Assembly: GCA_050256135.1 (NCBI GenBank) | Contig: JBFWIF010000001.1 | Span: 17,647 to 81,646 of the forward strand | DNA: 64,000 nt | Reading direction: 5' to 3' | DNA from: Acidaminococcaceae bacterium | GTDB lineage: Bacteria > Bacillota > Negativicutes > Acidaminococcales > Acidaminococcaceae | In this document: positions 35,877 to 45,435 of the stretch, one piece after another | How the letters are laid out: every line of letters starts with the position of its first letter | Position numbering within the stretch: the stretch's first letter is position 1 | The notes under the pieces: generated by a model | Told to the model about the DNA's origin: nothing | The model's database searches: none | Seen by the model: the letters and a program-made list of their open reading frames with translations, nothing else | Program-made: the position numbers and the translations under genes

Positions 35877-37172
35877 TTGTTGGATTTGGATAAAAATATA
35901 TATGAAAATTATTTGGCAATCTTGAATAAGGAATTAGTCATTGCGCTTGGCTGCACCGAACCGATTGCAATAGCTTATGCTGGTGCGAAAGTGCGGAGTA
36001 TCCTGGGGCAGATGCCGGAGCATATAACTGTTTATTGCAGCGGGAATATCGTCAAAAATGTTAAAGCCGTGACCGTTCCGAATTCCGGTGGCAATAAAGG
36101 AATTGATGTTGCTGCTGTACTGGGTGTTTTAGGCGGCGATGTTTCTAGGGAACTTGCTGTTTTGGAAACAGTGACACCAGCAGATATAGAAGAATGCAAG
36201 AAACTTCTGGCAAGAGGGTTCTGCTCGTGTGAACTAATTGAAAATGTCGCTAACCTGTATATTGTCATTCAAGCCAAGGCAGGTAAAGAATCAGCTGAGG
36301 TCGTAATTAAGGATTATCACAGCAACATAACTAAAATTATGAGAAACGGTGAAGTCTTGATGACGAAGGAAAATGATAATAAGCAGGATGACAATGCTTT
36401 TCCCAATAAAAACTTACTGAATGTGAAAGATATACTTGAATTCGCAGACAGTGTAAAAATTGAAGATGTCAAGGAAGTTTTGGACAGACAGATTAAATTC
36501 AATTCTGCAATCGCGGATGAAGGAATGAATAACAGCTATGGTGCCGAAGTCGGCCGTACGCTTATGGATGATTTTGACAAAAGTAATGTTAAACTGAGGG
36601 CAAAAGCAAGAGCGGCGGCAGGATCAGACGCGAGGATGAGCGGGTGTCCGCTGCCGGTCGTTATTAATTCCGGAAGTGGCAACCAGGGTATCACCGTATC
36701 TGTACCGGTTATTGAATATGCCAAGGAATTGAATGCCAGCGAAGAAAAACTTTATCGCTCTTTAGTTGTAAGTAATCTCATAGCAATTCATCAGAAACGA
36801 TTTATTGGAAGTCTTTCAGCCTACTGCGGTGCTGTTAGCGCAGGATGCGGCACTGGTGCTGGGATTGCCTATATGATGGGAATGGATTATAGGAGAATTT
36901 GTGATGTTATAACAAATAGTATAACTAATGTAGGCGGTATGGTCTGTGACGGGGCAAAACCTTCCTGCGCTGCTAAAATCGCCATATCAGTTGAAGCAGC
37001 TATTATGGCTTTGCACTTGAGTAAAAAACATCATGTATTCCAGTCCGGAGAAGGACTTGTAAAAGACGATATTGAAAAGACAATAGCAAGTGTTGGCCAT
37101 ATGGGTCGCGTCGGTATGCAATCTACTGATATTGAAATTCTCAATATCATGTTAGATAAAATAAAAATATAA
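35877..37172 (+). CDS. L-cysteine desulfidase family protein (YhaM/CyuA, UPF0597)
   Basis: ALGCTEPIAIAYA N-terminal motif, SGSGNQG, and the C-terminal GMVCDGAKPSCA motif. TTG start. Confidence 0.8.
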   Translation: MLDLDKNIYENYLAILNKELVIALGCTEPIAIAYAGAKVRSILGQMPEHITVYCSGNIVKNVKAVTVPNSGGNKGIDVAAVLGVLGGDVSRELAVLETVTPADIEECKKLLARGFCSCELIENVANLYIVIQAKAGKESAEVVIKDYHSNITKIMRNGEVLMTKENDNKQDDNAFPNKNLLNVKDILEFADSVKIEDVKEVLDRQIKFNSAIADEGMNNSYGAEVGRTLMDDFDKSNVKLRAKARAAAGSDARMSGCPLPVVINSGSGNQGITVSVPVIEYAKELNASEEKLYRSLVVSNLIAIHQKRFIGSLSAYCGAVSAGCGTGAGIAYMMGMDYRRICDVITNSITNVGGMVCDGAKPSCAAKIAISVEAAIMALHLSKKHHVFQSGEGLVKDDIEKTIASVGHMGRVGMQSTDIEILNIMLDKIKI

Positions 37173-37257
37173 TCTTTCAATATTTGATATATGCTGATAA
37201 AAAAGAAAGAAGTGGCTATTGTACCTGCCTTTGCAGGCAGTCAATAACCACTTCTTT

Positions 37258-37360
37258 TTATAGTTTCAAAAAATATTCGTGTATAGTGGTATCTTCTGTC
37301 AGTTCCGGATGAAAACTGATGGCAAGCAAACGGCCTTGCTGGGCGGCAATGATTTTGCCT
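37258..37360 (-). pseudogene. remnant of a pdxT paralog (3-prime roughly 100 nt only)
   Basis: In my hand alignment 37258-37359 matches 40425-40526, the 3-prime end of intact pdxT, at about 92 of 102 positions. It encodes ...[31 protein letters not shown]. Confidence 0.8.
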
Positions 37361-37527
37361 TTGTTGCTAAGGATCATCCGGTGGACAGCCTCAAAGAAAA
37401 TAGAAAGAAAGGAAAGGGCAAACCTGCCGTTTGTTTTATTACACAAAGACAGCGGCTTGCGTAAACTTAGCTTCCACCTGCCCGCAAAGTGAGGGATTAT
37501 ATTCTCGATAATTTAGCAATTCATGCT
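37361..37527 (+). pseudogene. internally deleted remnant of a lysR-family paralog
   Basis: 37363-37468 aligns to lysR 35188-35295, and 37468-37527 aligns to 35509-35568. About 215 nt between those segments is missing. There is no start codon or HTH region. Confidence 0.7.
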
Positions 37528-37555
37528 GTGTAATCGACAAGTTTAAAAGAATAAC

Positions 37556-37588
37556 AAAAAGGCTTCCTTCAAACAGGAAGCCTTTTTG
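37556..37588. terminator. hairpin terminator (relic, after the lysR remnant)
   Basis: GGCTTCC / GGAAGCC stem flanked by an A-run and a T-run. Confidence 0.5.
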
Positions 37589-37755
37589 TTCTGACAAATT
37601 ATGGTAATAATTATATAGGTAATACTCTTGAAGTCAACCAGAAAAACAAGGCGAGAATAATATAAATAAAATTATTTATTAAAAAGGTAAAATTATTTTT
37701 AGAAGGAATATATTAAATTATAGTAATAATAATCATAGGTATCTGAGAGGAGGTA

Positions 37756-39510
37756 GTGATTTTGCAAAGCAATGAAATTACCTGGCAGGCTGGTGGTCAG
37801 CAGGGTGAGGGGTTGGAGAGCCTGGGATCTATACTGGCAGCCGTATTGAGCCAACAAGGGTATGATCTGTATGGCTTTCGTCAATTTTCTTCACGTATTA
37901 AAGGTGGACATACTAATTACAAAATAAGGATAGCAAATCAGCCTGTTGGTACTATCAATAAAGAGTGTGACCTTTTGATTGCTCTGGATCAGGATACGCT
38001 GACAAATGAAGCACTTGCCATAAGTGATGAGGGCATTATTCTTGCGGAAAGGGCTTTTGCTGATAGCTATACCGGTAAAGGTAGGCTGCTGGCAGTGCCT
38101 TTTATCGATATTGCCAAACAATATGGTACCGTGTTACAGAAAAATATAGTTGCTCTCGGCTGCACGGCGGCTATTTTGGGACTTGGTGAAGATTGTTTTG
38201 CCGTGCAATTGGAAAAGGAATTTGCTAAAAAAGGTGAAGAAGCAGTAGCTGTCAATCTGAGAGTTTTCAAGGCGGGAGTGGAATTCATAAGGACGGCAGC
38301 GCCAGAGTTATTAGCTAAAAAGCAATTGCCGGTGCTTTCCGATAGTAAACCAAAATTATTTATGCTAGGTAATGAAGCAATGGCATTTGGGGCTTTAAGT
38401 GCAGGTGCTCGCTTTATGGCTGCTTATCCGATTACGCCTGCCTCGGAAGTTATGGAATATATGGTGAAAAAGGTCAGACAATTCGGTGGTCAGATGCTGC
38501 AGGCGGAAGATGAGATTGCTGCCTGTACGATGGCAATTGGTGCCTCCTATGGCGGAGCCCGTGCCTTCACGGCAACATCAGGACCAGGGCTTTCGTTGAT
38601 GGCTGAAGCTATTGGGCTCGCTTCAATGACAGAGACTCCGCTCGTCATCATCCATTCCCAGCGCGGAGGACCAAGCACAGGCTTACCGACAAAGCAAGAA
38701 CAGTCTGATATTTTGGCAGCTATTTACAATACACATGGTGATACGGCTAAAATTATTCTTTCACCAAGTACAATGGAAGAGGCATTTTATGATGTTTTTG
38801 AAGCTTTCAATCTTGCCGAAGAATACCAATGCCCGGTTATTGTTTTGGCCGATGCTCAATTGTCACTGGCAACACAGACGATGCCTGTACCAGAATACGA
38901 AAAACTGACAATCAGACGCGGCAAATTAGCTGACATTCAGACTTTACCGCCAATTAAAGCACCGGAATACTTTCCGCGCTATAGCTTAGATACGCTTGAT
39001 GGCATTTCTACGCGCATATTACCAGGCACGCCTAACGGTATCTGTCTCGGTACTGGCTTGGAACATGATGAAAGCGGGCGGCCGAGTGAAGCAAAATTGA
39101 TGCGTACCAAACAATCTGAAAAAAGGCTTAAGAAAATGCAGACACTTCTGGCGAACTATAAGCATGCTCTGTTTGTCGACGCACCTTACGAAGAGGCTGA
39201 TCTTCTTTTGGTAGGTATGACTTCTACACACAGTTGTATCACAGAAACAGCGTCTGCTTTGCGGCAGGCAGGCAAAAAAGTCAACCATGTGCAGATACGT
39301 CTGTTGTCACCATTTCCAGCGCAGGAAATTCTGCCCTATCTGCAAAAAGCAAAAAAGATTATTGTGATTGAACATAATTGTACTGCGCAGCTGACACATC
39401 TTCTGCGGATGCAGCTTGAAGGATGTCCGCATTTGGAAAGTATCCTGCAGTATGATGGGGATATCATGTATCCGGAGCAGTTGCTTATGCGTTGCAAGGA
39501 GGTGCTGTAA
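37756..39510 (+). CDS. korA: 2-oxoacid:ferredoxin oxidoreductase subunit alpha (fused gamma-alpha)
   Basis: 584 aa, with an N-terminal gamma-like domain and an alpha domain (AYPITPASE). Immediately followed by the beta subunit. Confidence 0.85.
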   Translation: MILQSNEITWQAGGQQGEGLESLGSILAAVLSQQGYDLYGFRQFSSRIKGGHTNYKIRIANQPVGTINKECDLLIALDQDTLTNEALAISDEGIILAERAFADSYTGKGRLLAVPFIDIAKQYGTVLQKNIVALGCTAAILGLGEDCFAVQLEKEFAKKGEEAVAVNLRVFKAGVEFIRTAAPELLAKKQLPVLSDSKPKLFMLGNEAMAFGALSAGARFMAAYPITPASEVMEYMVKKVRQFGGQMLQAEDEIAACTMAIGASYGGARAFTATSGPGLSLMAEAIGLASMTETPLVIIHSQRGGPSTGLPTKQEQSDILAAIYNTHGDTAKIILSPSTMEEAFYDVFEAFNLAEEYQCPVIVLADAQLSLATQTMPVPEYEKLTIRRGKLADIQTLPPIKAPEYFPRYSLDTLDGISTRILPGTPNGICLGTGLEHDESGRPSEAKLMRTKQSEKRLKKMQTLLANYKHALFVDAPYEEADLLLVGMTSTHSCITETASALRQAGKKVNHVQIRLLSPFPAQEILPYLQKAKKIIVIEHNCTAQLTHLLRMQLEGCPHLESILQYDGDIMYPEQLLMRCKEVL

Positions 39511-40374
39511 ATGGCTGTTTTGCAAGATTTCAAAAATAATGTGAAACCTAACTGGTGCCCTGGCTGCGGTGATTATGCCGTACAGGCAGCTTTGCAGCAA
39601 GCGGCAGTCAAGCTGGGTTTAGAACCGCACCAACTTACTATTGTCTGCGGTATCGGCTGTAGTGGTCGGCTTTCCGGCTATGTTTATGCGTATGGTATGC
39701 ATACGACACATGGCAGAGCATTGCCTTTTGCCCAAGGGCTGAAACTGGCTAATCCGGAATTGACGGTCATTGCCTGCGGCGGTGATGGCGATGGCATGGC
39801 TATTGGGTTAGGACATACCTATCATGCCATCAGACGCAATGTTAATTTAACCTATATCCTGATGGATAATCATGTTTATGGTTTGACGAAAGGCCAGACC
39901 TCACCACGCAGCGATTGGGGTTTTAAAACGAAGACCACGCCGGAAGGTAATATCGAAACACCGGTGGCAACTTTGGAAATGGCCTTGTCTGCCGGAGCAA
40001 GTTTTGTAGCACAAGGATTTTCCACTCGATTGCAGGAACTTACTGATTTGATTGTGGCGGCAGTTAAACACCCTGGTTTTTCATTGGTTAATGTTTTCAG
40101 TCCTTGTGTTACCTTTAATAAAGTAAATACTTATGATTGGTTCCAGGAGAGATTGATTGACATCAATGGTATTGAGAACTATGACAGATATAATAAAGGT
40201 AAGGTGCTGCGGAATATCCTGGAGCATGAAGGTTTACTTACGGGATTGTTGTATGAAGATAAAGGCAAGAGAAGTTACGAAGAAGTATGCGGCTTGGCGA
40301 CTAATAACCAAATGCAGTCAGTGCGCAAGTTTTCAAAGCAAGAATTTGATAAATTGTTAGGAGACTTTCGTTAG
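39511..40374 (+). CDS. korB: 2-oxoacid:ferredoxin oxidoreductase subunit beta (TPP-binding)
   Basis: NWCPGCGDY, GIGCSGR and GGDGDG TPP motifs. The ATG directly abuts the korA stop. Confidence 0.9.
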   Translation: MAVLQDFKNNVKPNWCPGCGDYAVQAALQQAAVKLGLEPHQLTIVCGIGCSGRLSGYVYAYGMHTTHGRALPFAQGLKLANPELTVIACGGDGDGMAIGLGHTYHAIRRNVNLTYILMDNHVYGLTKGQTSPRSDWGFKTKTTPEGNIETPVATLEMALSAGASFVAQGFSTRLQELTDLIVAAVKHPGFSLVNVFSPCVTFNKVNTYDWFQERLIDINGIENYDRYNKGKVLRNILEHEGLLTGLLYEDKGKRSYEEVCGLATNNQMQSVRKFSKQEFDKLLGDFR

Positions 40375-40384
40375 GGCTGTATGT

Positions 40385-40427
40385 AAATAAGAAAAGCTGG
40401 ACCATCAGGTCCAGCTTTTCTTATTTA
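40385..40427. terminator. bidirectional rho-independent terminator
   Basis: AAATAAGAAAAGCTGGACC / GGTCCAGCTTTTCTTATTT palindrome between convergent korB and pdxT. Confidence 0.7.
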
Positions 40428-40988
40428 CATCTTTAAAAAATATTCATATATAGTGGTATCTTCTGTCAGTTCCGGATGAAAACTGGTGGCAAGCAAACGG
40501 CCTTGTTTTGCGGCAATGATTTTGCCGTTATATTCAGCAATAGCTTCTGCTTTAGGACCGACAGATTCAATCCAGGGAGCACGGATGAAGACCAAGGGAA
40601 TGGGCTTTACGCTGATGGCAGGAATGACCTGCGCGCAGCGGAAACTGTCGAGCTGTCCGCCATAAGCGTTGCGCCTTACAGCAATATCCATTGCGTCCAG
40701 ATAGGGTTCCTCACCGACGATTTCTTTTGCCAGCAAAATAAGACCGGCGCAGGTTCCCCAAACTGGCATACCCTCATTAATACGTTTTTGCAATACGGGT
40801 AGCATACCGGTTTTTTTGAGCAGCTTGCCAATAGCGGTACTTTCTCCGCCCGGTATTATTAATCTGTCAACTGCTTCTAACTGAGCTACAGTTTTTACTT
40901 CGACAGGTTCGATGCCGGCGATCCTGCTTAAAACAGCAAGATGTTCGGCAAAGGAGCCCTGCAGAGCTAATACGCCAACCTTCTCCAT
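40425..40988 (-). CDS. pdxT: pyridoxal 5-prime-phosphate synthase glutaminase subunit
   Basis: VGVLALQG, catalytic GTCAG, FHPELT; 187 aa, directly downstream of pdxS. Confidence 0.95.
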   Translation of the reverse strand: MEKVGVLALQGSFAEHLAVLSRIAGIEPVEVKTVAQLEAVDRLIIPGGESTAIGKLLKKTGMLPVLQKRINEGMPVWGTCAGLILLAKEIVGEEPYLDAMDIAVRRNAYGGQLDSFRCAQVIPAISVKPIPLVFIRAPWIESVGPKAEAIAEYNGKIIAAKQGRLLATSFHPELTEDTTIYEYFLKM

Positions 40989-40990
40989 GG

Positions 40991-41869
40991 TTACCAGCCT
41001 CTTTTGGCGAAGGTTTGCTCTTCAGAGATGGTCGCTATTTCGATGCCTGGCATTGCTTCGCCCAAATCTTCGGATACTTCAGCAAGTACTTTCGGGTCAT
41101 TGTAATAGGTAGTAGCCATAACGATAGCACGGGCACGTTTAGCAGGATTTGCGCTGCGGAAGATACCGGAACCAACAAAAACGCCTTCGCTTCCGAGCTT
41201 CATCATCAAAGCAGCATCTGCAGGTGTTGCGATACCACCGGCGGAAAAGTTTACAACGGGTAATTTGCCGTTCTTTGCTACATTTACGACCAAATCATAA
41301 GGGGCGCCGTTTTCTTTAGCAAAAGTCATTAATTCTTCACTTGGCATATTAGTCAGTTGACGGATTTGAGACATAATGGTGCGCATGTGGCGTACAGCCT
41401 CGACGACGTTGCCGGTGCCGGCTTCGCCTTTGGTACGCATCATGGCAGCGCCCTCGCCGATGCGGCGCAAAGCTTCACCTAAGTTACGGGCACCGCAGAC
41501 AAAAGGAATATTGAATTGGTGTTTATCGATATGGTACATATCATCGGCAGGAGTCAATACTTCGCTTTCGTCGATATAATCAATGCCGAGAGCCTGAAGG
41601 ATTTCAGCCTCAACAATATGGCCAATTCTGGCTTTAGCCATAACTGGGATGCTGACTGCTGCTTTAATTTCTTTAATCATTTTCGGATCGCTCATGCGGG
41701 CGACACCGCCTTCTTTACGAATATCAGAAGGAACACGTTCCAAAGCCATTACTGCAACAGCACCAGCTTCTTCAGCGATTCTTGCTTCTTCTGCATTGGT
41801 GACGTCCATGATAACGCCGCCTTTCAACATTTGCGCTAAATTCCTATTTAATTCTGCACGATCTGTCAT
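40991..41869 (-). CDS. pdxS: pyridoxal 5-prime-phosphate synthase lyase subunit
   Basis: [28 protein letters not shown]; 292 aa. Confidence 0.95.
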   Translation of the reverse strand: MTDRAELNRNLAQMLKGGVIMDVTNAEEARIAEEAGAVAVMALERVPSDIRKEGGVARMSDPKMIKEIKAAVSIPVMAKARIGHIVEAEILQALGIDYIDESEVLTPADDMYHIDKHQFNIPFVCGARNLGEALRRIGEGAAMMRTKGEAGTGNVVEAVRHMRTIMSQIRQLTNMPSEELMTFAKENGAPYDLVVNVAKNGKLPVVNFSAGGIATPADAALMMKLGSEGVFVGSGIFRSANPAKRARAIVMATTYYNDPKVLAEVSEDLGEAMPGIEIATISEEQTFAKRGW

Positions 41870-41993
41870 GTTTTATTCCTCCAAAATTTTATTATTTTTA
41901 CAGTACACTATGTGACTAGAATACAATAAATCTGTCACAGATAAAAGTGCCAGTTTTAATAATTTAAAAGGGGACAGTTCGAACGAAAAGACA

Positions 41994-42030
41994 AATAAAA
42001 AACGCAACGTTCCTTAGGGAACGCTACGTC
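41994..42030 (-). terminator. rho-independent terminator
   Basis: On the minus strand, a GTAGCGTTCC / GGAACGTTGC imperfect hairpin followed by TTTTTT. Confidence 0.5.
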
Positions 42031-42048
42031 AAAAAACAAAACAAAAAA

Positions 42049-42522
42049 TTAATTAAATAGGGCCCTGAGATCCGGAGAAACGAGGATTTCCTCATTGTTT
42101 AATCCTCTAGCCTTCAGATTGGATAAAGTATCCAATACGGTTTGTGCCCAAAAGCAGAGAGCATACTCTTCTGTAGTGAATGGGGAATCTTCTGCAGTGA
42201 CATCATAAAGCAGATCAAGCAGGCTTCTTTCACCTGCCAGTGACAAATAAATCAGGGTGTTGCGGGTAGGACCCCAGACAGCATCGTCAGGTGCCATCAT
42301 AAAAAGTGCTGTGACAGCTTCGTCACCGCCCTTTTCATATTTCCATTCTGTACCGCTGATGTTCTCTGTCAGCAATTTGTTCAGCACGACCGCATCAAAT
42401 AGTGGAAGAAAGAGCTCCACGCCTTTGCGTGTGGCGTCATCAATAACCTCACAGGCGCAAACGGCATTAAGTTTTTTTGAATTCGGATGTTGTGCCGTTT
42501 TCAGAAACTTACACGTAATCAT
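42049..42522 (-). CDS. hypothetical protein
   Basis: ORF with AGGAGG 6 nt upstream of the ATG at 42522; the ORF track extends to 42570. I recognise no family. Confidence 0.5.
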   Translation of the reverse strand: MITCKFLKTAQHPNSKKLNAVCACEVIDDATRKGVELFLPLFDAVVLNKLLTENISGTEWKYEKGGDEAVTALFMMAPDDAVWGPTRNTLIYLSLAGERSLLDLLYDVTAEDSPFTTEEYALCFWAQTVLDTLSNLKARGLNNEEILVSPDLRALFN

Positions 42523-42624
42523 CTTGGTCCCTCCTTTGACAGCTAAAACAAAAAGTAATCCGACAATCAATATTAATTTGCCTATAATATCAGTAGACTT
42601 CGACGGCTGGGATAAATATCCTTT

Positions 42625-43056
42625 TTATCTATTTAAAATACTTTCCAATATTTCTTGAAAACGTGAATCATCCGCGGCGCTTCTTTTTTTAGGTCCTTTT
42701 GTTCGGCCGCCGCCGCGCCTTAATTTTGCTTTAACTTCGCGTTCTTCCAATAAAAAATCCATTTTGCCGCTTTTGTATTCAACTCCAGCAGGGCTCAGGC
42801 AATAGGCATTTTTACTTAAGATAAGTGCTGCAAGTCCCCAATCTTGCGTAATAACTAAGTCACCGGGACTTGTCAGATTAAAGATCTTTAAATCAGCCTC
42901 CTGCGAGTTGGTATCCACGCTGAAGTGTTTACTATTTTCAATGTTATGGTCCAAGCTCGATATTGTATAAACATCGAAGTTATGTTTTGCTCCTGCTTCC
43001 TGACAGATTTTTAAGACTTGTTTTGGACAAGCGTCAGCATCAATAATTATTCGCAT
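42625..43056 (-). CDS. YaiI/YqxD family protein (DUF188)
   Basis: [13 protein letters not shown]-terminus and the ITQDWGLA motif. Confidence 0.8.
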   Translation of the reverse strand: MRIIIDADACPKQVLKICQEAGAKHNFDVYTISSLDHNIENSKHFSVDTNSQEADLKIFNLTSPGDLVITQDWGLAALILSKNAYCLSPAGVEYKSGKMDFLLEEREVKAKLRRGGGRTKGPKKRSAADDSRFQEILESILNR

Positions 43057-43274
43057 TTTATCCTCTTTCGGTTGTATTGATATAGTTGTTTTTGCTTTAT
43101 TTTAACATATCCAACCTAATTTATAAGGAGGATAAGGAGAAATAGAAAAACAATTCACAGAATTTTCAAAAATAAAATCCAGAATGTTGCAGGTATCTTG
43201 CTTATTTTGTCGTAATAGAATGGAAAAACGGAATGCAAAAAATAAGACGGTGAAAGCTGTCAGTCAGGAGGAAA

Positions 43275-44276
43275 ATGATGAGCAAGTATCTGATCACCAT
43301 TACAACAGTTCTGCTATTGGGAGCTTCGCCAATTGTTTACGGTCAGTATAGTCAGCTTCTAGGACCGGTGGACACTCAAATACATATAATGCAAACATTG
43401 GATGAGCTGTTGACGGGAACGCAATGGCAAGTCAAACCTTTGCAGCAAAACTCGCAGCAGCAGGAAGAGGAGCTTCCGCCTAAAAAACAACCTCCGCAAC
43501 AACAGCAACAGCAGCAGCCGAAGCAGCCGCCTAAACAACAACAAGGGCAGCATCAACAGCAGCAACCAAAGCAACCGCCTAAACAACAGCAGGGGCAGTA
43601 TCAGCAGCAACCGCAGGAGCCACCAAAACAACAACCGGGGCAGCACCAGCAGCAACAGCCGAAGCAGCCACCAAAACAACAACAAGGGCAGCATCAACAG
43701 CAGCAACCAAAGCAACCGCCTAAACAACAGCAGGGGCAGTATCAGCAACAGCAACAGCCGAAGCAGCCACCAAAACAACAACAAGGGCAGTACCAGCAGC
43801 CACAGCAGTATCCTAAACAGCACCAGGAGCAATACCATAAACTGCCAAAATACTTTGAAAACCACAACGATTGGGGACACACTTATTATCAGCAGTTTAC
43901 CTGGCACCAACGGCAGCACCATCACAAGAGATATATTTCACCATTTAAATGGTACGATCCATGGGATTTTTGGTATGATAGGTTCCACTATTCCGACCTT
44001 TATTTCTTTGGTTTAGTTTATGATGATGATTGGGCATGGATGTTCCCTGGCTGCTATACTTATTATTGGTATGATTATGAAAGGGATGATCATGGTTTCT
44101 ACTATAGGGGCAAGCGGATTACCAAATTGATCATGGTCTTCCATCCGCATGATGGATTGATAGGTATCGGGTTTATGTACAAGGGCATCTTTGTTTTCCT
44201 GCGTGATGACATGGAAGAATATTATTTTGACGATGAGCCGACTTTGATTATCGTGGCCCGTATTTTTCATCGTTAA
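43275..44276 (+). CDS. secreted protein with Q/P-rich tandem repeats and an aromatic/His-rich C-terminal domain
   Basis: Signal-peptide-like N-terminus, seven repeats of about 16 aa (PKQPPKQQQGQ[HY]QQQQ), then a W/Y/F/D/H-rich domain of about 140 aa. RBS is AGGAGG. Confidence 0.7.
   Translation: MMSKYLITITTVLLLGASPIVYGQYSQLLGPVDTQIHIMQTLDELLTGTQWQVKPLQQNSQQQEEELPPKKQPPQQQQQQQPKQPPKQQQGQHQQQQPKQPPKQQQGQYQQQPQEPPKQQPGQHQQQQPKQPPKQQQGQHQQQQPKQPPKQQQGQYQQQQQPKQPPKQQQGQYQQPQQYPKQHQEQYHKLPKYFENHNDWGHTYYQQFTWHQRQHHHKRYISPFKWYDPWDFWYDRFHYSDLYFFGLVYDDDWAWMFPGCYTYYWYDYERDDHGFYYRGKRITKLIMVFHPHDGLIGIGFMYKGIFVFLRDDMEEYYFDDEPTLIIVARIFHR
43518..43847 (+). repeat. tandem repeats of about 48 nt inside the Q/P-rich gene
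   Basis: Seven consecutive units with a higher-order block of about 144 nt repeated nearly verbatim (CAGCCGAAGCAGCC.CC.AAACAACAACAAGGGCAGCATCAACAGCAGCAACCAAAGCAACCGCCTAAACAACAGCAGGGGCAGTATCAGCA). Confidence 0.8.
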
Positions 44277-44481
44277 AAAAGATACCGGCCGTTAGTGCAG
44301 CGGCCGGTATCTTCATCATAAAACCTTTGCGATACATGTTTGTTTGGGGATGGGTAATGTATGTGAAAAGGCTGTCCTTGTTAATAATTATTAGTATATA
44401 TGTTGCAAACATTTTTTGCCAAAATTGGTTATGTATAGTATAATAATAGCCATTAAAATGTTTTGAAAACTTCATATGATG

Positions 44482-44740
44482 AAAACAGGTGACCTTGGTC
44501 TTAATAGATAAGCCGGTGTGAGTCCGGCGCGGTCCCGCCACTGTAATGAGGAGCGAACCCATAATATGCCACTAAGATAGTTCTTGGGAAGGTATGGGTA
44601 AGCGATGATCCAGAGTCAGGAGAACTGCCTGTTTTGCATTCACCGATATACCTACGAGCGATGGGAGGGGTGGCACAAACGTGAGCAAATATCACTTTTG
44701 TATTTTATCTTCCCTGCAATTATTGCAGGGATTTTTTATT
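44482..44740 (+). promoter_or_regulatory. cobalamin (B12) riboswitch with terminator expression platform
   Basis: P1 AAACAGGT / GCCTGTTT, B12-box GGTCCCGCCACTGTAA, conserved GCCACT...GGGAAGG and AGTCAGGAGAACTGCC, then a CCCTGCAAT / ATTGCAGGG hairpin plus a T-run at 44712-44738. Confidence 0.85.
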
Positions 44741-44784
44741 TCTTGGTTTTGGTAAGTGGGTTCATATAATGAAAGGAATAAGGT

Positions 44785-45435
44785 GTGAAAATGGTTGTTT
44801 ACCCAATAAACCTAAAGATTGCCGGTAAAAGCTGCGCTGTTATCGGCGGCGGTATGGTTGCCTGCCGCAAGGTAAAGTCACTTCTTGCTGCAGGAGCAGA
44901 TGTCACTGTATTAAGTCCCCATTTAATGACAGAACTTGCTGAAATGGCCGAGAAAAAACAATTTAAATATATTGCAAGGCCTTACCAAAAAGGCGATTTA
45001 ACGGGATTCTATCTTGTAATTTGCGCAACTGATAATTTTGTTGTTAATCAAATGGCAGCTTCTGAGGCAGAGAGTCTGGATATCTTGGTCAACGTAACGG
45101 ATGCGCCGGAACTTGGCAATTTTTCAGTGCCGGCCCAGATTAAGCGTGGGGATTTGCTGCTTACAGTTTCTACCGGCGGCAAAAGCCCGGCAATGGCAAA
45201 AATGCTGAGACAGGAACTAGCTGAGCATTATGGAGAAGAATATGCGTTATATCTTGATATGATTGATAAAGTACGTCAGGAAACAAAGCAGAAACTGGCA
45301 ACGCCTAAGCAGCGTGAGCTCTTTTGGCGTGAAACAATAGATGAAGAAATTCTGGCCTTATTAAGGCAGGGGTTAATTAAAGAGGCGGAGGCAAAGATTT
45401 GTCATGCAGCTAGTAGTATTGGGATTGAATCATAA
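44785..45435 (+). CDS. sirC: precorrin-2 dehydrogenase / sirohydrochlorin ferrochelatase (SirC / CysG N-terminal type)
   Basis: Rossmann GKSCAVIGGGMVACRK, 216 aa, first gene of the hem operon. The start is GTG at 44785 or ATG at 44791. Confidence 0.8.
   Translation: MKMVVYPINLKIAGKSCAVIGGGMVACRKVKSLLAAGADVTVLSPHLMTELAEMAEKKQFKYIARPYQKGDLTGFYLVICATDNFVVNQMAASEAESLDILVNVTDAPELGNFSVPAQIKRGDLLLTVSTGGKSPAMAKMLRQELAEHYGEEYALYLDMIDKVRQETKQKLATPKQRELFWRETIDEEILALLRQGLIKEAEAKICHAASSIGIES

Noticed and set aside
43359-43925. 188-aa Leu-rich minus-strand ORF
   Set aside because: It is the antisense reading of the CAG/CAA-rich repeat tract of the Q/P-rich gene, so it is an artefact of repeat composition.
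44248-44695. Two minus-strand ORFs (104 aa and 64 aa) between the Q/P-rich gene and sirC
   Set aside because: They overlap the plus-strand cobalamin riboswitch, and structured-RNA sequence explains this region better.
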